Source: a virus
Length of the DNA: 42,338 nt
Virus genome (UHGV): UHGV-0127092
Strand: one strand, 5' to 3'
The position numbers and the translations under genes are program-made. Within the stretch, counting starts at the first letter, position 1. Every line of letters starts with the position of its first letter. The notes beneath the pieces are model-generated. The model had not been told where the DNA came from. It ran no database searches and saw nothing but the letters and a program-made list of their open reading frames with translations. Of the stretch, positions 1 through 8,706 are shown one piece after another.

Positions 1-49
1 CACATTAAAGTACACAATATTTGTGCCCTTCTCTGTTTCTTTCCCGTTA

Positions 50-598
50 TCAGCTAGCTGGAAACTTTTTATACAGAGTTGAGAGCCCTACTCCATACGT
101 TTTTGATACGCTTTGTCGTGATTCACCGGTTGCCATCCGCTCCCCCATTTCCCGCCATTGCTCATCCGTGAACTTAGGCCTGCGACCACCAACTCGCCAT
201 TTTGCCCTGGCTACGGCCAGCCCTGCTAAGGTACGTTCGCTATTAAGATCAGATTCATATTGTGCTGCGGAAAGGATGTTACGAAAGTTATAGCGGCCGC
301 TGGCTGTTTTGAGATCCACGCCATCGGTAATACTGCGGAAGTTGATACCCTTTTCCTGTAACTGCTGGAACATCAACAGCGCATGCAGAACGTTGCGGCC
401 TATCCTGTCCAGCTTCCACACCACCAGTGTATCGCCCGCATTCAGAGTCCGCAGAAGCTTTTTGAGCGCTGGCCGGTTCGCTACCGTCCCGCTCATTTTT
501 TCTTCAAAAACCTGTTCACATCCTGCGCGTTCGAGTGCTTGGCGCTGGAGATCTGTATTTTGGTCATTTGTTGACACCCTTACATAGCCAATTTGCAT
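50..598 (-). CDS. Serine recombinase, DNA invertase of the Hin/Gin/Pin/Cin family
   Basis: N-terminal MQIGYVRVSTNDQ catalytic-serine motif, LVVWKLDRIGR, C-terminal HTH (GLSTLYKKF), about 180 aa. Start moved from track 607 (GTG) to ATG at about 598, preceded by GGGTGA. Confidence 0.9.
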   Translation of the reverse strand: MQIGYVRVSTNDQNTDLQRQALERAGCEQVFEEKMSGTVANRPALKKLLRTLNAGDTLVVWKLDRIGRNVLHALLMFQQLQEKGINFRSITDGVDLKTASGRYNFRNILSAAQYESDLNSERTLAGLAVARAKWRVGGRRPKFTDEQWREMGERMATGESRQSVSKTYGVGLSTLYKKFPAS

Positions 599-603
599 AT
601 TTT

Positions 604-906
604 TCACCCAGTTATTTCTGCAAAAAAATCAGGTGAAGTTATCGGCCAGGCCGCTCGAGAGCAATCTATAAAACGTCCGTTTGGATTGAACATCAGCCAC
701 GTCTTGTCATCGCTGTGGTCTGTCGAAGCGTCACGGAAGCAACGGGAATAGCGTGCAATCCACTGATTCGCCTCTGCATTAGAAAGATGCCAGTTCACTT
801 TCTCCAGCTCTCTGACGAAATCAGACGTTCTCACAGACCTGCGGCCTGACCTTTCATGCACTATTGCTGCCCGGAAGGCTAGCTCCATATCTGAACGACG
901 CGGCAT
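604..906 (-). CDS. Hypothetical protein, candidate SOS-regulated gene translationally coupled to the invertase
   Basis: ORF on minus strand; stop TGA lies 5 nt upstream of the invertase ATG; LexA-box-like palindrome 19-38 nt upstream of the proposed ATG (MPRRSDMELAF...). Track start 948 would place the palindrome inside the ORF. No family recognised. Confidence 0.5.
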   Translation of the reverse strand: MPRRSDMELAFRAAIVHERSGRRSVRTSDFVRELEKVNWHLSNAEANQWIARYSRCFRDASTDHSDDKTWLMFNPNGRFIDCSRAAWPITSPDFFAEITG

Positions 907-924
907 AAAGTTACTCACAACAAA

Positions 925-944
925 TACTGTATATACATACAGTA
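925..944. promoter_or_regulatory. Candidate LexA operator (SOS box) TACTGTATATACATACAGTA
   Basis: CTG-N10-CAG palindrome with AT-rich spacer; one mismatch to the E. coli LexA consensus TACTGTATATATATACAGTA; sits just upstream of ORF 604-906. Confidence 0.6.
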
Positions 945-1266
945 TCATTCACTCCGGCGTTTGTTCAAGATGGGGTGAGCAAAAAGCCATCTAAGCGGGC
1001 TGTTTGCTTGTTATAGAGAAGGTAAGTCGCTCAACCAACTACAAGTTGCATCCTATTTTTAACTTGAGGTTTTACTAAAACCACGACCGACTAATCAGTT
1101 ATCTACTAAATCTTTTTTCCTTAGCGTATTACAAACAGTGTAATAAATTAAAAACGTATAGAGAAAAGCAGAAGCTTTTCACTGATATGCCCTTCTAATT
1201 CAAGCTGCCGCAGCCCGCTTTCACTCTCAATGCAGCTGCGGCATTACTCTTGAAGTTGATTTGCTA

Positions 1267-2508
1267 TCACTTTTCGCCAAGCAATTTAATCAATGTGCGA
1301 AGTTCTTCAATCTCCCTTTGTTGATACTGAACAACTCCGAGAAGGTCCATTACTATGGGGTTAGTATCTACAGATGGGCGATCCCGGTACACTGGTTTAT
1401 AAGGTCGACCAACTTCATCAAGCTCACTGTCGCTGTATTCCGCCTCTGGGTCAATTTCACGGTTATGCTTTATGTATTGAGGCGCAACAAGCTCAGTTTC
1501 TTCCGCAATGATACCGAAACGGATCCTGTGCAGATCATCGTCAATATATTTAAAGTTAACCATCTTAAGCGACATTATTCGATTAAGAGCTTCTTTTAGA
1601 TCGGCTTCTGCAATGTCCTCTTTGTACTGCAGCCCAGATGTCCCCTGCAATGCAAGCGTTCCACTAGTATTAGGGAAATATACGGTCGTTGATCCAGTAG
1701 TAAGAGCGTCACCTCGTCTCCAAACATAAAGAGTACCCTCCTTTTGTTCCAGGCCTATTCGTTTGCCGATCACATCTCCAAGATTGTAGTCTCGTAAAAC
1801 CAAACTGGGATAATTCGCTGATGTAGTGAATCCTTCGTTAATTCCATATGCCGTTATTTTACTTGTAAAAGTTTTTAGTCCAGTTATTTCTTCTGTATTA
1901 TCTATCCCTACAGCTTTAATATTCTTTCTGGCATCAGTATCATTTTTGGCTCCAGTCCCTCCCATGCTTATTGGAATTAGCCCGGAACTATCAACTAATT
2001 CAAGATTTTTGCGAGCCTCAGCCGCTGTCTTTGCGCCGGTCCCCCCCTGGGCAATACTCAGTGCTGTAGTTAACCCTTTCAGCTCTGTGATATCGCTATT
2101 TGCCCCTTTGCGGGCGAGACCACCAATGGCCGGAATGCTGAGGCTGGTGCCGTTGATTGTCACAGTGACCAACTGGTTCGCTGAGGTGCTGGCGAACGTC
2201 TCCCATGCTCCAATGTTCTCGTCATACTCGTTAATGAGCTGCGACATACTTTGCGCCAGGCCATCGACGGAGAGGCTGTCGGTAACGAGGATGCCGTACT
2301 TCTGTCCGCTCAGTGCCGGTGACGCAGCTGGGGTAACGGTTAACGATGTGCCGCTGTTGATAGCGGTAATCTGAAACATCTGGACCGGGTTAGAGAGCAC
2401 AATAATGGTCTGGCTCACGCGAATCTGGCTGGCCGGTGCCGTCCAGTTTGTGCCCGTCCCGGTGGCGGTATTTCCATTAATGGCGATGGTGCCGGTGTTA
2501 TAAAGCAT
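1267..2508 (-). CDS. Side tail fiber protein with C-terminal intramolecular chaperone (peptidase S74-like) domain
   Basis: Repeated GGTGAK...ARKN motifs typical of tail fibers; C-terminal MSLKMVNFKYIDDD...GIIAEETELVAPQYIK...LLGVVQYQQREIEELRTLI resembles the endosialidase-chaperone domain. ATG at about 2508 preceded by GGAGA. Confidence 0.8.
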   Translation of the reverse strand: MLYNTGTIAINGNTATGTGTNWTAPASQIRVSQTIIVLSNPVQMFQITAINSGTSLTVTPAASPALSGQKYGILVTDSLSVDGLAQSMSQLINEYDENIGAWETFASTSANQLVTVTINGTSLSIPAIGGLARKGANSDITELKGLTTALSIAQGGTGAKTAAEARKNLELVDSSGLIPISMGGTGAKNDTDARKNIKAVGIDNTEEITGLKTFTSKITAYGINEGFTTSANYPSLVLRDYNLGDVIGKRIGLEQKEGTLYVWRRGDALTTGSTTVYFPNTSGTLALQGTSGLQYKEDIAEADLKEALNRIMSLKMVNFKYIDDDLHRIRFGIIAEETELVAPQYIKHNREIDPEAEYSDSELDEVGRPYKPVYRDRPSVDTNPIVMDLLGVVQYQQREIEELRTLIKLLGEK

Positions 2509-2523
2509 ATTTTCTCCAGGCAA

Positions 2524-2547
2524 TAAAAAAACCCCGCCGGAGCGAGG
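2524..2547 (-). terminator. Rho-independent terminator (minus strand) after the lipoprotein gene
   Basis: Minus-strand RNA CCUCGC-UCCG-GCGGGG followed by a U7 tract; read directly from sequence. Confidence 0.6.
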
Positions 2548-2568
2548 TTTATGTTTAAGCGTAGTGGG

Positions 2569-2802
2569 TTATTTGCAGGTTGTTTCGGTAAATGTATTCG
2601 CACTTACCCAGCGCCAGCTGAAAGGATATCCAGCCCGGTACTGCGTCTGGTTGTTTTGTTTACGCACACCGTAAATCTGAACCGTAGTTTCCTGACCGCC
2701 AACGATTGCAGTGCCGCTGCAAACTGGTTCCTGTTTCTCAATTACGCCAGCGCATCCTGTAAGCATGACAGCGCCTGCCATGCAGATAATCAGTTTTCTC
2801 AT
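2569..2802 (-). CDS. Small lipoprotein, possible Cor-like superinfection-exclusion protein (moron)
   Basis: 77 aa, signal peptide with lipobox LTGC, sits between the J-associated genes and the tail fiber gene with its own terminator. Cor assignment rests on size and context only. Confidence 0.6.
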   Translation of the reverse strand: MRKLIICMAGAVMLTGCAGVIEKQEPVCSGTAIVGGQETTVQIYGVRKQNNQTQYRAGYPFSWRWVSANTFTETTCK

Positions 2803-2913
2803 TTTGATAGTATCCAGAGGAATTCAGTATCTTAGACGATACCAATACAATTCTGGTGGGTATAATTGATTGGATAGATCAATATTATGTTATTGATCGC
2901 TAAAAACGATCAA

Positions 2914-3588
2914 TCAATCATAGGCCGCTGTATTTATGGCGGTTAATGAAATGCCAGTATTCGTTCCCCCTCCAGGTGAACCTGCCCCAGTGGAGGTCCC
3001 CCCTGCGTTTATCCTCGTATTGGCCCCGTCAAACCTGCATGAAGAATAAGCATTTATCGTGTAGATAGTCGGAGGCTGGGTTGAATTATTCACAATGATG
3101 GTCTGACCCAACTGAGCAGGTGCAACGGCCCATGACCCGCTCAGCGTCTGGTCAATATTTATCCCGCCGTTTGCACCAGGCGTGCCAACCGTCTGCAGGT
3201 CTGATAGCACACGGGACTCATTAGTTAACACAAGCTTTCCGCTCGCATCCCATATTGCCAAACCCCATTTCGGTAATATCTGCGGGAATATGGCAAAAAC
3301 GTACGCCGTTAAAGTGAAACTTTGGTTGTAGGGATTAACACCAGCAACATACACATTACCGCCGTTCCTGTAAGACATAACCGGAGTGGGCTGTGCTGTA
3401 TTGGTGGTTTTGATAAAAACCATCACTGGGTAATCAGCGTTTAAAGCGATATTTTGAGCAACCTGCTGAGAACTGCCATTCGCGGATGAATTGAAGGTAT
3501 ACTTCCCGTAAAGACAGAAAGGCGTTGATTGTGGCGTTACAAAGGGATTCCCGTTATCCATTAATATCATCGCGCCAAATTCGGCCAT
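2914..3588 (-). CDS. Hypothetical tail-associated protein (Gly/Thr/Asn-rich)
   Basis: 224-aa ORF translationally coupled (1-nt overlap) to the upstream 100-aa ORF, downstream of J. Confidence 0.5.
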   Translation of the reverse strand: MAEFGAMILMDNGNPFVTPQSTPFCLYGKYTFNSSANGSSQQVAQNIALNADYPVMVFIKTTNTAQPTPVMSYRNGGNVYVAGVNPYNQSFTLTAYVFAIFPQILPKWGLAIWDASGKLVLTNESRVLSDLQTVGTPGANGGINIDQTLSGSWAVAPAQLGQTIIVNNSTQPPTIYTINAYSSCRFDGANTRINAGGTSTGAGSPGGGTNTGISLTAINTAAYD

Positions 3589-3890
3589 TATGCTTTCTCC
3601 ATGAAAACGACCACCTCACATTTAGAGGCCGGGTAATTACCCAGGCCCACAGAAGAGGCTGCGGTTACGGTTATTGTGTTCCCTGACGCGACAATGCTCC
3701 TCCCTACGCTGTTACCTCCTTCATCAAGTGAGAGCGCAAAACCGACCTTCATTCCTGAGGGTACAGTGAAAGACCAGCTGCCGGAGTTTTGTCCGGCGGC
3801 AAGTTGTATACGTCCAACAACGGAAACGGGCTTGATTCCGTAGTTGTTGGGGTTTCCCGAAGCATCCCAGGTCTGTATTCCATAAGCCAT
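3588..3890 (-). CDS. Hypothetical tail-associated protein
   Basis: 100-aa ORF starting 2 nt after the J stop codon; tightly coupled to J. Confidence 0.5.
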   Translation of the reverse strand: MAYGIQTWDASGNPNNYGIKPVSVVGRIQLAAGQNSGSWSFTVPSGMKVGFALSLDEGGNSVGRSIVASGNTITVTAASSVGLGNYPASKCEVVVFMEKA

Positions 3891-3891
3891 A

Positions 3892-6800
3892 TCAGAACAC
3901 CCCCGTTAATCGGCCAACCTGCACTCTCAGAACGTTGTTGCCATCCTTGACGCTGATTGTCTGGTTGGTCTGCTTCATGGCTCCCTCCCCAGCTGTCGAA
4001 CCGTAGTTCTCAAACGTCCCGGACTTATCCAGTTTCCAGCCAACAGAGCCGGCAACATAATTGTTCGACTGGATGTAATTGCCAATTTTTGCATTGCTTA
4101 TGGTCCCGTCGCCAATGACTGTATCCCTGATAATGGCCTGGCCATTCTGGATAACGAACGGCAGTGTTACAGTCCCGCCGACCATAGTAGTCACGGCGAA
4201 ACGGTCTGCCAGGAAGATTACCTGTGACTGCATGCCGGAGGGTGTATTTTGAACCCCAATACCCATCCCGGCAGCGTAATACTGCCCGTTACTGGACACC
4301 CCCACCTTGATGTTATACATCGCGCTGAGGTTACCGTTTACATCTGCTATAGCCTGTGCGTTGACGTTTATCGCTGCACTGTTTTCGCCTGATTTAACAG
4401 TCAGAGTGTTGATTTTTGTTGCCGAAGCCTGGGTGAAATCAGCAAGAGTTTCTGTCAGGTCCGTTGAGTTAGAGATATTGCCACCAGCTTCTGCATCCAG
4501 TGTGACCAGCGCGCGTGCGACCGCCTGGCTGGTATCGGCAATCGTAGTATCCACTCTGTCTATACTGGCACTGTTCCCGGCGTTCGTGGCGGTCTGCGAG
4601 CGACGGCTTACCACCTGCGCCAGCCCATTCTGAATAATCGCGATTGCCGAGTTCTTCACTCCTCCCGTCATGCCGTCCATCGACACAGAAATCTCGTCGA
4701 TCTTCACTTCGGCCTGAGCCAGCCCGTCAGCGTTCTCCAGGATGTCTTTCGCTTGCTGCTCCAGTTCGTCGTTGGCCTGTTTGATATCGTTAGCCATGCC
4801 AGCAATTTTTTCATTGCTGTCCACAGCGTTCTCGATCAGGTCTTTGAACGTATCGGAGCCTTTCATGTCCTCCAGGATCACATCTGTGATGTCGGAAACA
4901 TCGATGCTGGCCTGTCCTCGCACCCATTCTGTGTACCCTGATTCGTTGCCGCTGCGGTCCACCAGCTGAGCGCGGTACCAGAAAATCTGCCCAGCCTTGA
5001 GGCCCATCTGCTGATATTTGCGCTGCGGATAAGGCACATCGGCCAGCAGCATTGCATCATCTTCGCTACCGGTCAGGCTGTACTGAATTTCCGTCTTCAG
5101 CGTGTCGTCGGTATTCGCCGGGAATCCCCAGTTCAGCTCGATGCCGAAATCCACATTTTCAGAAGCGATGAAGCCAACCGGCTTCGGTGGATTGCCCACT
5201 TTACCCGTAAGATTTACTTCTGGTGATGTCGCCCACACTGATGAAACGTCGCTGGCGTTCACCGCCCTGACGCGGACCAGATAGCGACCCGAGTAGATAC
5301 CCTGCACTTCAAAGCCGAGAGAAGACGTTCGTGGCACACTAATCCAGTTGCCGCTGTCACGCCGCCATTCCGCCTCGTACGCAACTGCACCCTGAACAGC
5401 ATCCCAGGCAACGCGCATGGTGGTAATCGCAATGTTCTGGTTAACCGTAGAGTAACTGTCTACGACGATATTTCCTGGGGGAGCCTGAACCCCTGGCGGA
5501 ATGACACTGACTGGCCGCTCGTCCAGTCTTGCGCCGGTATCAACAGCGGAATAGATATCAGGGTTGTAAGTCGTCCCGGTGACCTCGAAAGTACCGTCGT
5601 TGTTGTCCCGCGTTCCCGTAACACGGAAAAGCGCTATAAACAGATCGTCAGAGTCCACACCCCAGTTACATTCAGCCTCCGGCGTTTCGCTGTATGGTGT
5701 GGTGACAGTGACTGTGTTTCCGTTAACGGCCTGGACGGTTCTGGCCTGAGCTGTGCCTGACGGAAGATTCAAAAACAGCCTGTTACCGGCTTTCACATCA
5801 GCAGCGCGATCGAGGGTTATGTTGCGGCCGTTAACCGCACTCACCCTGCCGCCGATAGTTCTTCCGGCCAGCTCGTTAGCAGCCACGCCGATCACCTCAC
5901 CAACAGGGGGGACGTCCATGCCTGTGCTGAAGGTCACCACCTCGCCGATACCGTTGGTAAGCAGCGCCCAGCGCCCCCGCCGGTTTGCCTCTGACTGCCT
6001 GGTGCAGCCGATCGCAGTCATTTCGAGCTGACGATAATCGAAGCGCATGGCCAGATCGCTATCGTAAACAGGCTCAGGCGTATCTTTGTAGTGGTTGGCA
6101 GGGTCTGACCAGTTCACCAGCGCGGCAGTGTTTCGGGTGGTTTCACTCGGGTCCGCAAAGGTAAATTTACCCTCAACTACGCTGGCGTGGTTATAGATAT
6201 GCCACACATCGCGGGGCATATCAGCCAGGACATACATCTTATTGTCACCCCAGTACGTCATGCCGCGAAATATACCCGCCAGATCACGAAGTACGGTCCA
6301 GGCGTCATTACGGTCCTGGATATAAACGTTGCAACGAAAACGCGGCTCCGTCCCGCTGCCGCCCTTGCCGTCTGGTACCAGCTGATCGCAATACTGGGCG
6401 ATGCGATAAAGTTCCCACTTGTCTATCTGAGTCGCATCGATTCTTTGCCCCAGCCCGAAACGCTCGTTCAGAATGATGTCGTAATAAATCCAGGCTGGGT
6501 TATCCGTCCATGCCCATTTAAACACACCTTCCCATGTACCAGAGTAAGTGCGGGTTTCAGGATCGTAGGTATCAGGTACACGGATGATTCTCCCCTTCGG
6601 ATTGCACACAACCTGAGGAATGCCATTAGGGAACTGCTTTGCGTCAAACTCTACATACAGCAGCGCTGTGTTAACGTAGCGAAGTTTGGCGTCAATAATT
6701 TCAGTTACAGCTACAACGCGCATGGTGTCCACGATATTCACGCTCGTGGAATCCGGCGTGATTCTGCGAACCCGTAACTGCCAGCCAGTCGAGGATTTTG

Positions 6801-7353
6801 GAAGGTTAACGCGGTGACTGCGCTCATAAAGCGACGTGGTTTTGTCATCGACAGCACCGTTAACCACCGTTTCATACGGCCCGCCATCTACCGACAGATC
6901 GATAGCATACTCGACGCGGGTGCCGACTTTGTCGCCGTTGTTTTTCTGGAGCAAGAGAGTTGGCCATCCCAGGCGAATTCGCAGCGCAGAGAGCTGCGTG
7001 TTGGATACCGCGCGCACGTACGGCACAGCCTGTTTCAGCTCGTATGAAACCTGAAGTTCGTTTTCAATGCCGGGGAAGCCCTGAATGTAGTCCTGGTCCT
7101 GAGTACCGGAACGGAACTCATATTTCACATTATTGAAGTTATAACTTCCGTCGGCGTTCTGAAGAGGCGTGTACGAAGATGAGTCACCAAGAAAAATGTT
7201 TTTACCATCAAGCCCGCCAGCGAACTCACCCTCTCCAAGCGCAATCAGCACCTTTGCCCTTGCAATGGACTGAATGCTGTCCGGTGCTTCAACGGGTGTT
7301 CGGGTCTGATTGCTGCCACCTTTACCGCGGCCTTTGATGATCGTCGTCGTCAT
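3892..7353 (-). CDS. J: Host specificity protein J (central tail fiber / tail tip)
   Basis: 1153 aa; conserved lambda gpJ blocks (TEIID, NTAL, YSGTWEG.FK.AW, DKWELYRIAQYCDQLVPDGKGG..EPRF.CNVY); follows the I-K-L-M genes. Confidence 0.9.
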   Translation of the reverse strand: MTTTIIKGRGKGGSNQTRTPVEAPDSIQSIARAKVLIALGEGEFAGGLDGKNIFLGDSSSYTPLQNADGSYNFNNVKYEFRSGTQDQDYIQGFPGIENELQVSYELKQAVPYVRAVSNTQLSALRIRLGWPTLLLQKNNGDKVGTRVEYAIDLSVDGGPYETVVNGAVDDKTTSLYERSHRVNLPKSSTGWQLRVRRITPDSTSVNIVDTMRVVAVTEIIDAKLRYVNTALLYVEFDAKQFPNGIPQVVCNPKGRIIRVPDTYDPETRTYSGTWEGVFKWAWTDNPAWIYYDIILNERFGLGQRIDATQIDKWELYRIAQYCDQLVPDGKGGSGTEPRFRCNVYIQDRNDAWTVLRDLAGIFRGMTYWGDNKMYVLADMPRDVWHIYNHASVVEGKFTFADPSETTRNTAALVNWSDPANHYKDTPEPVYDSDLAMRFDYRQLEMTAIGCTRQSEANRRGRWALLTNGIGEVVTFSTGMDVPPVGEVIGVAANELAGRTIGGRVSAVNGRNITLDRAADVKAGNRLFLNLPSGTAQARTVQAVNGNTVTVTTPYSETPEAECNWGVDSDDLFIALFRVTGTRDNNDGTFEVTGTTYNPDIYSAVDTGARLDERPVSVIPPGVQAPPGNIVVDSYSTVNQNIAITTMRVAWDAVQGAVAYEAEWRRDSGNWISVPRTSSLGFEVQGIYSGRYLVRVRAVNASDVSSVWATSPEVNLTGKVGNPPKPVGFIASENVDFGIELNWGFPANTDDTLKTEIQYSLTGSEDDAMLLADVPYPQRKYQQMGLKAGQIFWYRAQLVDRSGNESGYTEWVRGQASIDVSDITDVILEDMKGSDTFKDLIENAVDSNEKIAGMANDIKQANDELEQQAKDILENADGLAQAEVKIDEISVSMDGMTGGVKNSAIAIIQNGLAQVVSRRSQTATNAGNSASIDRVDTTIADTSQAVARALVTLDAEAGGNISNSTDLTETLADFTQASATKINTLTVKSGENSAAINVNAQAIADVNGNLSAMYNIKVGVSSNGQYYAAGMGIGVQNTPSGMQSQVIFLADRFAVTTMVGGTVTLPFVIQNGQAIIRDTVIGDGTISNAKIGNYIQSNNYVAGSVGWKLDKSGTFENYGSTAGEGAMKQTNQTISVKDGNNVLRVQVGRLTGVF

Positions 7354-7406
7354 ATCGCGTCCATAAAAGAAGCCACCGTCAGGTGGCTTGAAATGGGTAG
7401 TTTGGT

Positions 7407-7994
7407 TTATTGCTGATCTTCTGCATAAATCCCGGCTGAGATAATCGCACCGCCTATTTCCCTCTGTCCGTAAAGCAAAGGAACGGGGTTACCGGATGCC
7501 GTAGTATTGACGGGTCCGCCAAACGCATAGGAAGGCTTATTATCTGGGTCCTGTCGCATCCTCAGACCAGCAACCTGAGGGGAAAGCATTTGCACTACAC
7601 CACCCACAGCCATAGAACCAGCTGCGGCATATAGCGCCATTTGTGTACCTGCTGCCCATCCTATTGGGTTCCACCAGGTAAAAGCCGCAATTGCGGCGGC
7701 AGTAACAATTTGAAAGAGGCCCGCCCTTTTACTGCCGCGTATTACAGGGATAATGCGAAGTTCATCGCCAGGTCCAAGAAGATCAAACTCTTCCTTTCCT
7801 ATGTTTATTTGGTTTCGGAAGATGACAAAGTCCAGCCCCTTCGCTCTGGTCTCACGCAGGTAGGCATCAAATCCATCAATTGTGTTAGATAGCGCCCTGA
7901 ATACCTCACTGGCAGACGTTAACGCGCGGCGGTGGGTCCTGCCAAATCGCTGAGCCATTGAACCGCTGAGTTTGATAACGGTTTTTCTTTCCAT
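7407..7994 (-). CDS. I: Tail assembly protein I
   Basis: Lambda gpI-like: RFGR near N-terminus, hydrophobic Gly/Ala-rich core, C-terminal PVPLLYGQREIGG motif. Confidence 0.8.
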   Translation of the reverse strand: MERKTVIKLSGSMAQRFGRTHRRALTSASEVFRALSNTIDGFDAYLRETRAKGLDFVIFRNQINIGKEEFDLLGPGDELRIIPVIRGSKRAGLFQIVTAAAIAAFTWWNPIGWAAGTQMALYAAAGSMAVGGVVQMLSPQVAGLRMRQDPDNKPSYAFGGPVNTTASGNPVPLLYGQREIGGAIISAGIYAEDQQ

Positions 7995-8704
7995 TACATC
8001 AAATCCTTATAACGCAGAATTTTGATGGTACGGTCACGGTAATAACCACCGTAGGGAATACGCTGGCTTAGCTGGCCATACATGTGATGCAGTAGCATGT
8101 TGCCATCAAGCAAAATCCCGGCATGGTTCGGGACGGTGGACTGTACCTGCATGATAACCATGTCACCGGGCTGAGCTGGACCGTCGTACTCACGGAAACC
8201 GCATTCCTGCCAGTTGTCCATATAGAGGTTTTCACCCTGCTCCCACCAGTGCCGATCTACGCTGTAGTTGGGCAGTTCAATGCCGTGTTCGATGCGGAAA
8301 TAGTCCATAATGAGAGACCAGCAGTCTGCATGCCCGAGTACAAACTGGCGCCCTGTGAGGGGACGGTCTCCGCGAGGCATGACGGTGCGAATGTCGCCCT
8401 CAGGCCACGATGCAATAATCCAGGGCAGTTCCGTGGCATCACACATCAGCATGTCGAGTTCACTCGGCTGGGTTGTTGCCCCGTCGCCGGGGTGACTGTG
8501 GACGATCGCCACCACAGTTCCCTGCTCTTCGGCGGCCGCATAATCCTCAGGATTGAGTTCAAATTGCTCAGTCGGCGACTCAGCATTATTTTTGCAGGGG
8601 ATGTATTTCTCCACCCGCCCCTTCTGAATAACCACGCCACAGCACTCCTCGGGGAAGGATGCGGCGGCATGCGCCAGAATGGCGCTAACTGTTTTGTCGC
8701 GCAT
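7994..8704 (-). CDS. K: Tail tip assembly protein K (MPN/JAMM plus NlpC/P60 domains)
   Basis: HSHP JAMM-like motif and C-terminal Cys/His region; position between L and I. Confidence 0.8.
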   Translation of the reverse strand: MRDKTVSAILAHAAASFPEECCGVVIQKGRVEKYIPCKNNAESPTEQFELNPEDYAAAEEQGTVVAIVHSHPGDGATTQPSELDMLMCDATELPWIIASWPEGDIRTVMPRGDRPLTGRQFVLGHADCWSLIMDYFRIEHGIELPNYSVDRHWWEQGENLYMDNWQECGFREYDGPAQPGDMVIMQVQSTVPNHAGILLDGNMLLHHMYGQLSQRIPYGGYYRDRTIKILRYKDLM

Positions 8705-8706
8705 GA

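Noticed and set aside
42-62. Imperfect palindrome TTATCAGCTAGCTGGAAA as a hix/gix crossover site
   Set aside because: Shorter than the roughly 26-bp sites of this family, lacks the AAACC/GGTTT core, and no inverted partner site was found in the window.
21-293. ORF 21-293 (+) at the window start
   Set aside because: Fully antisense to the invertase gene; the invertase has clear family motifs, this ORF has none.
1261-1599. ORF 1261-1599 (+) as a possible tail fiber assembly gene or alternative fiber cassette
   Set aside because: Antisense to the tail fiber chaperone domain, very AT-rich, no Tfa-like motifs; more likely a compositional artefact.
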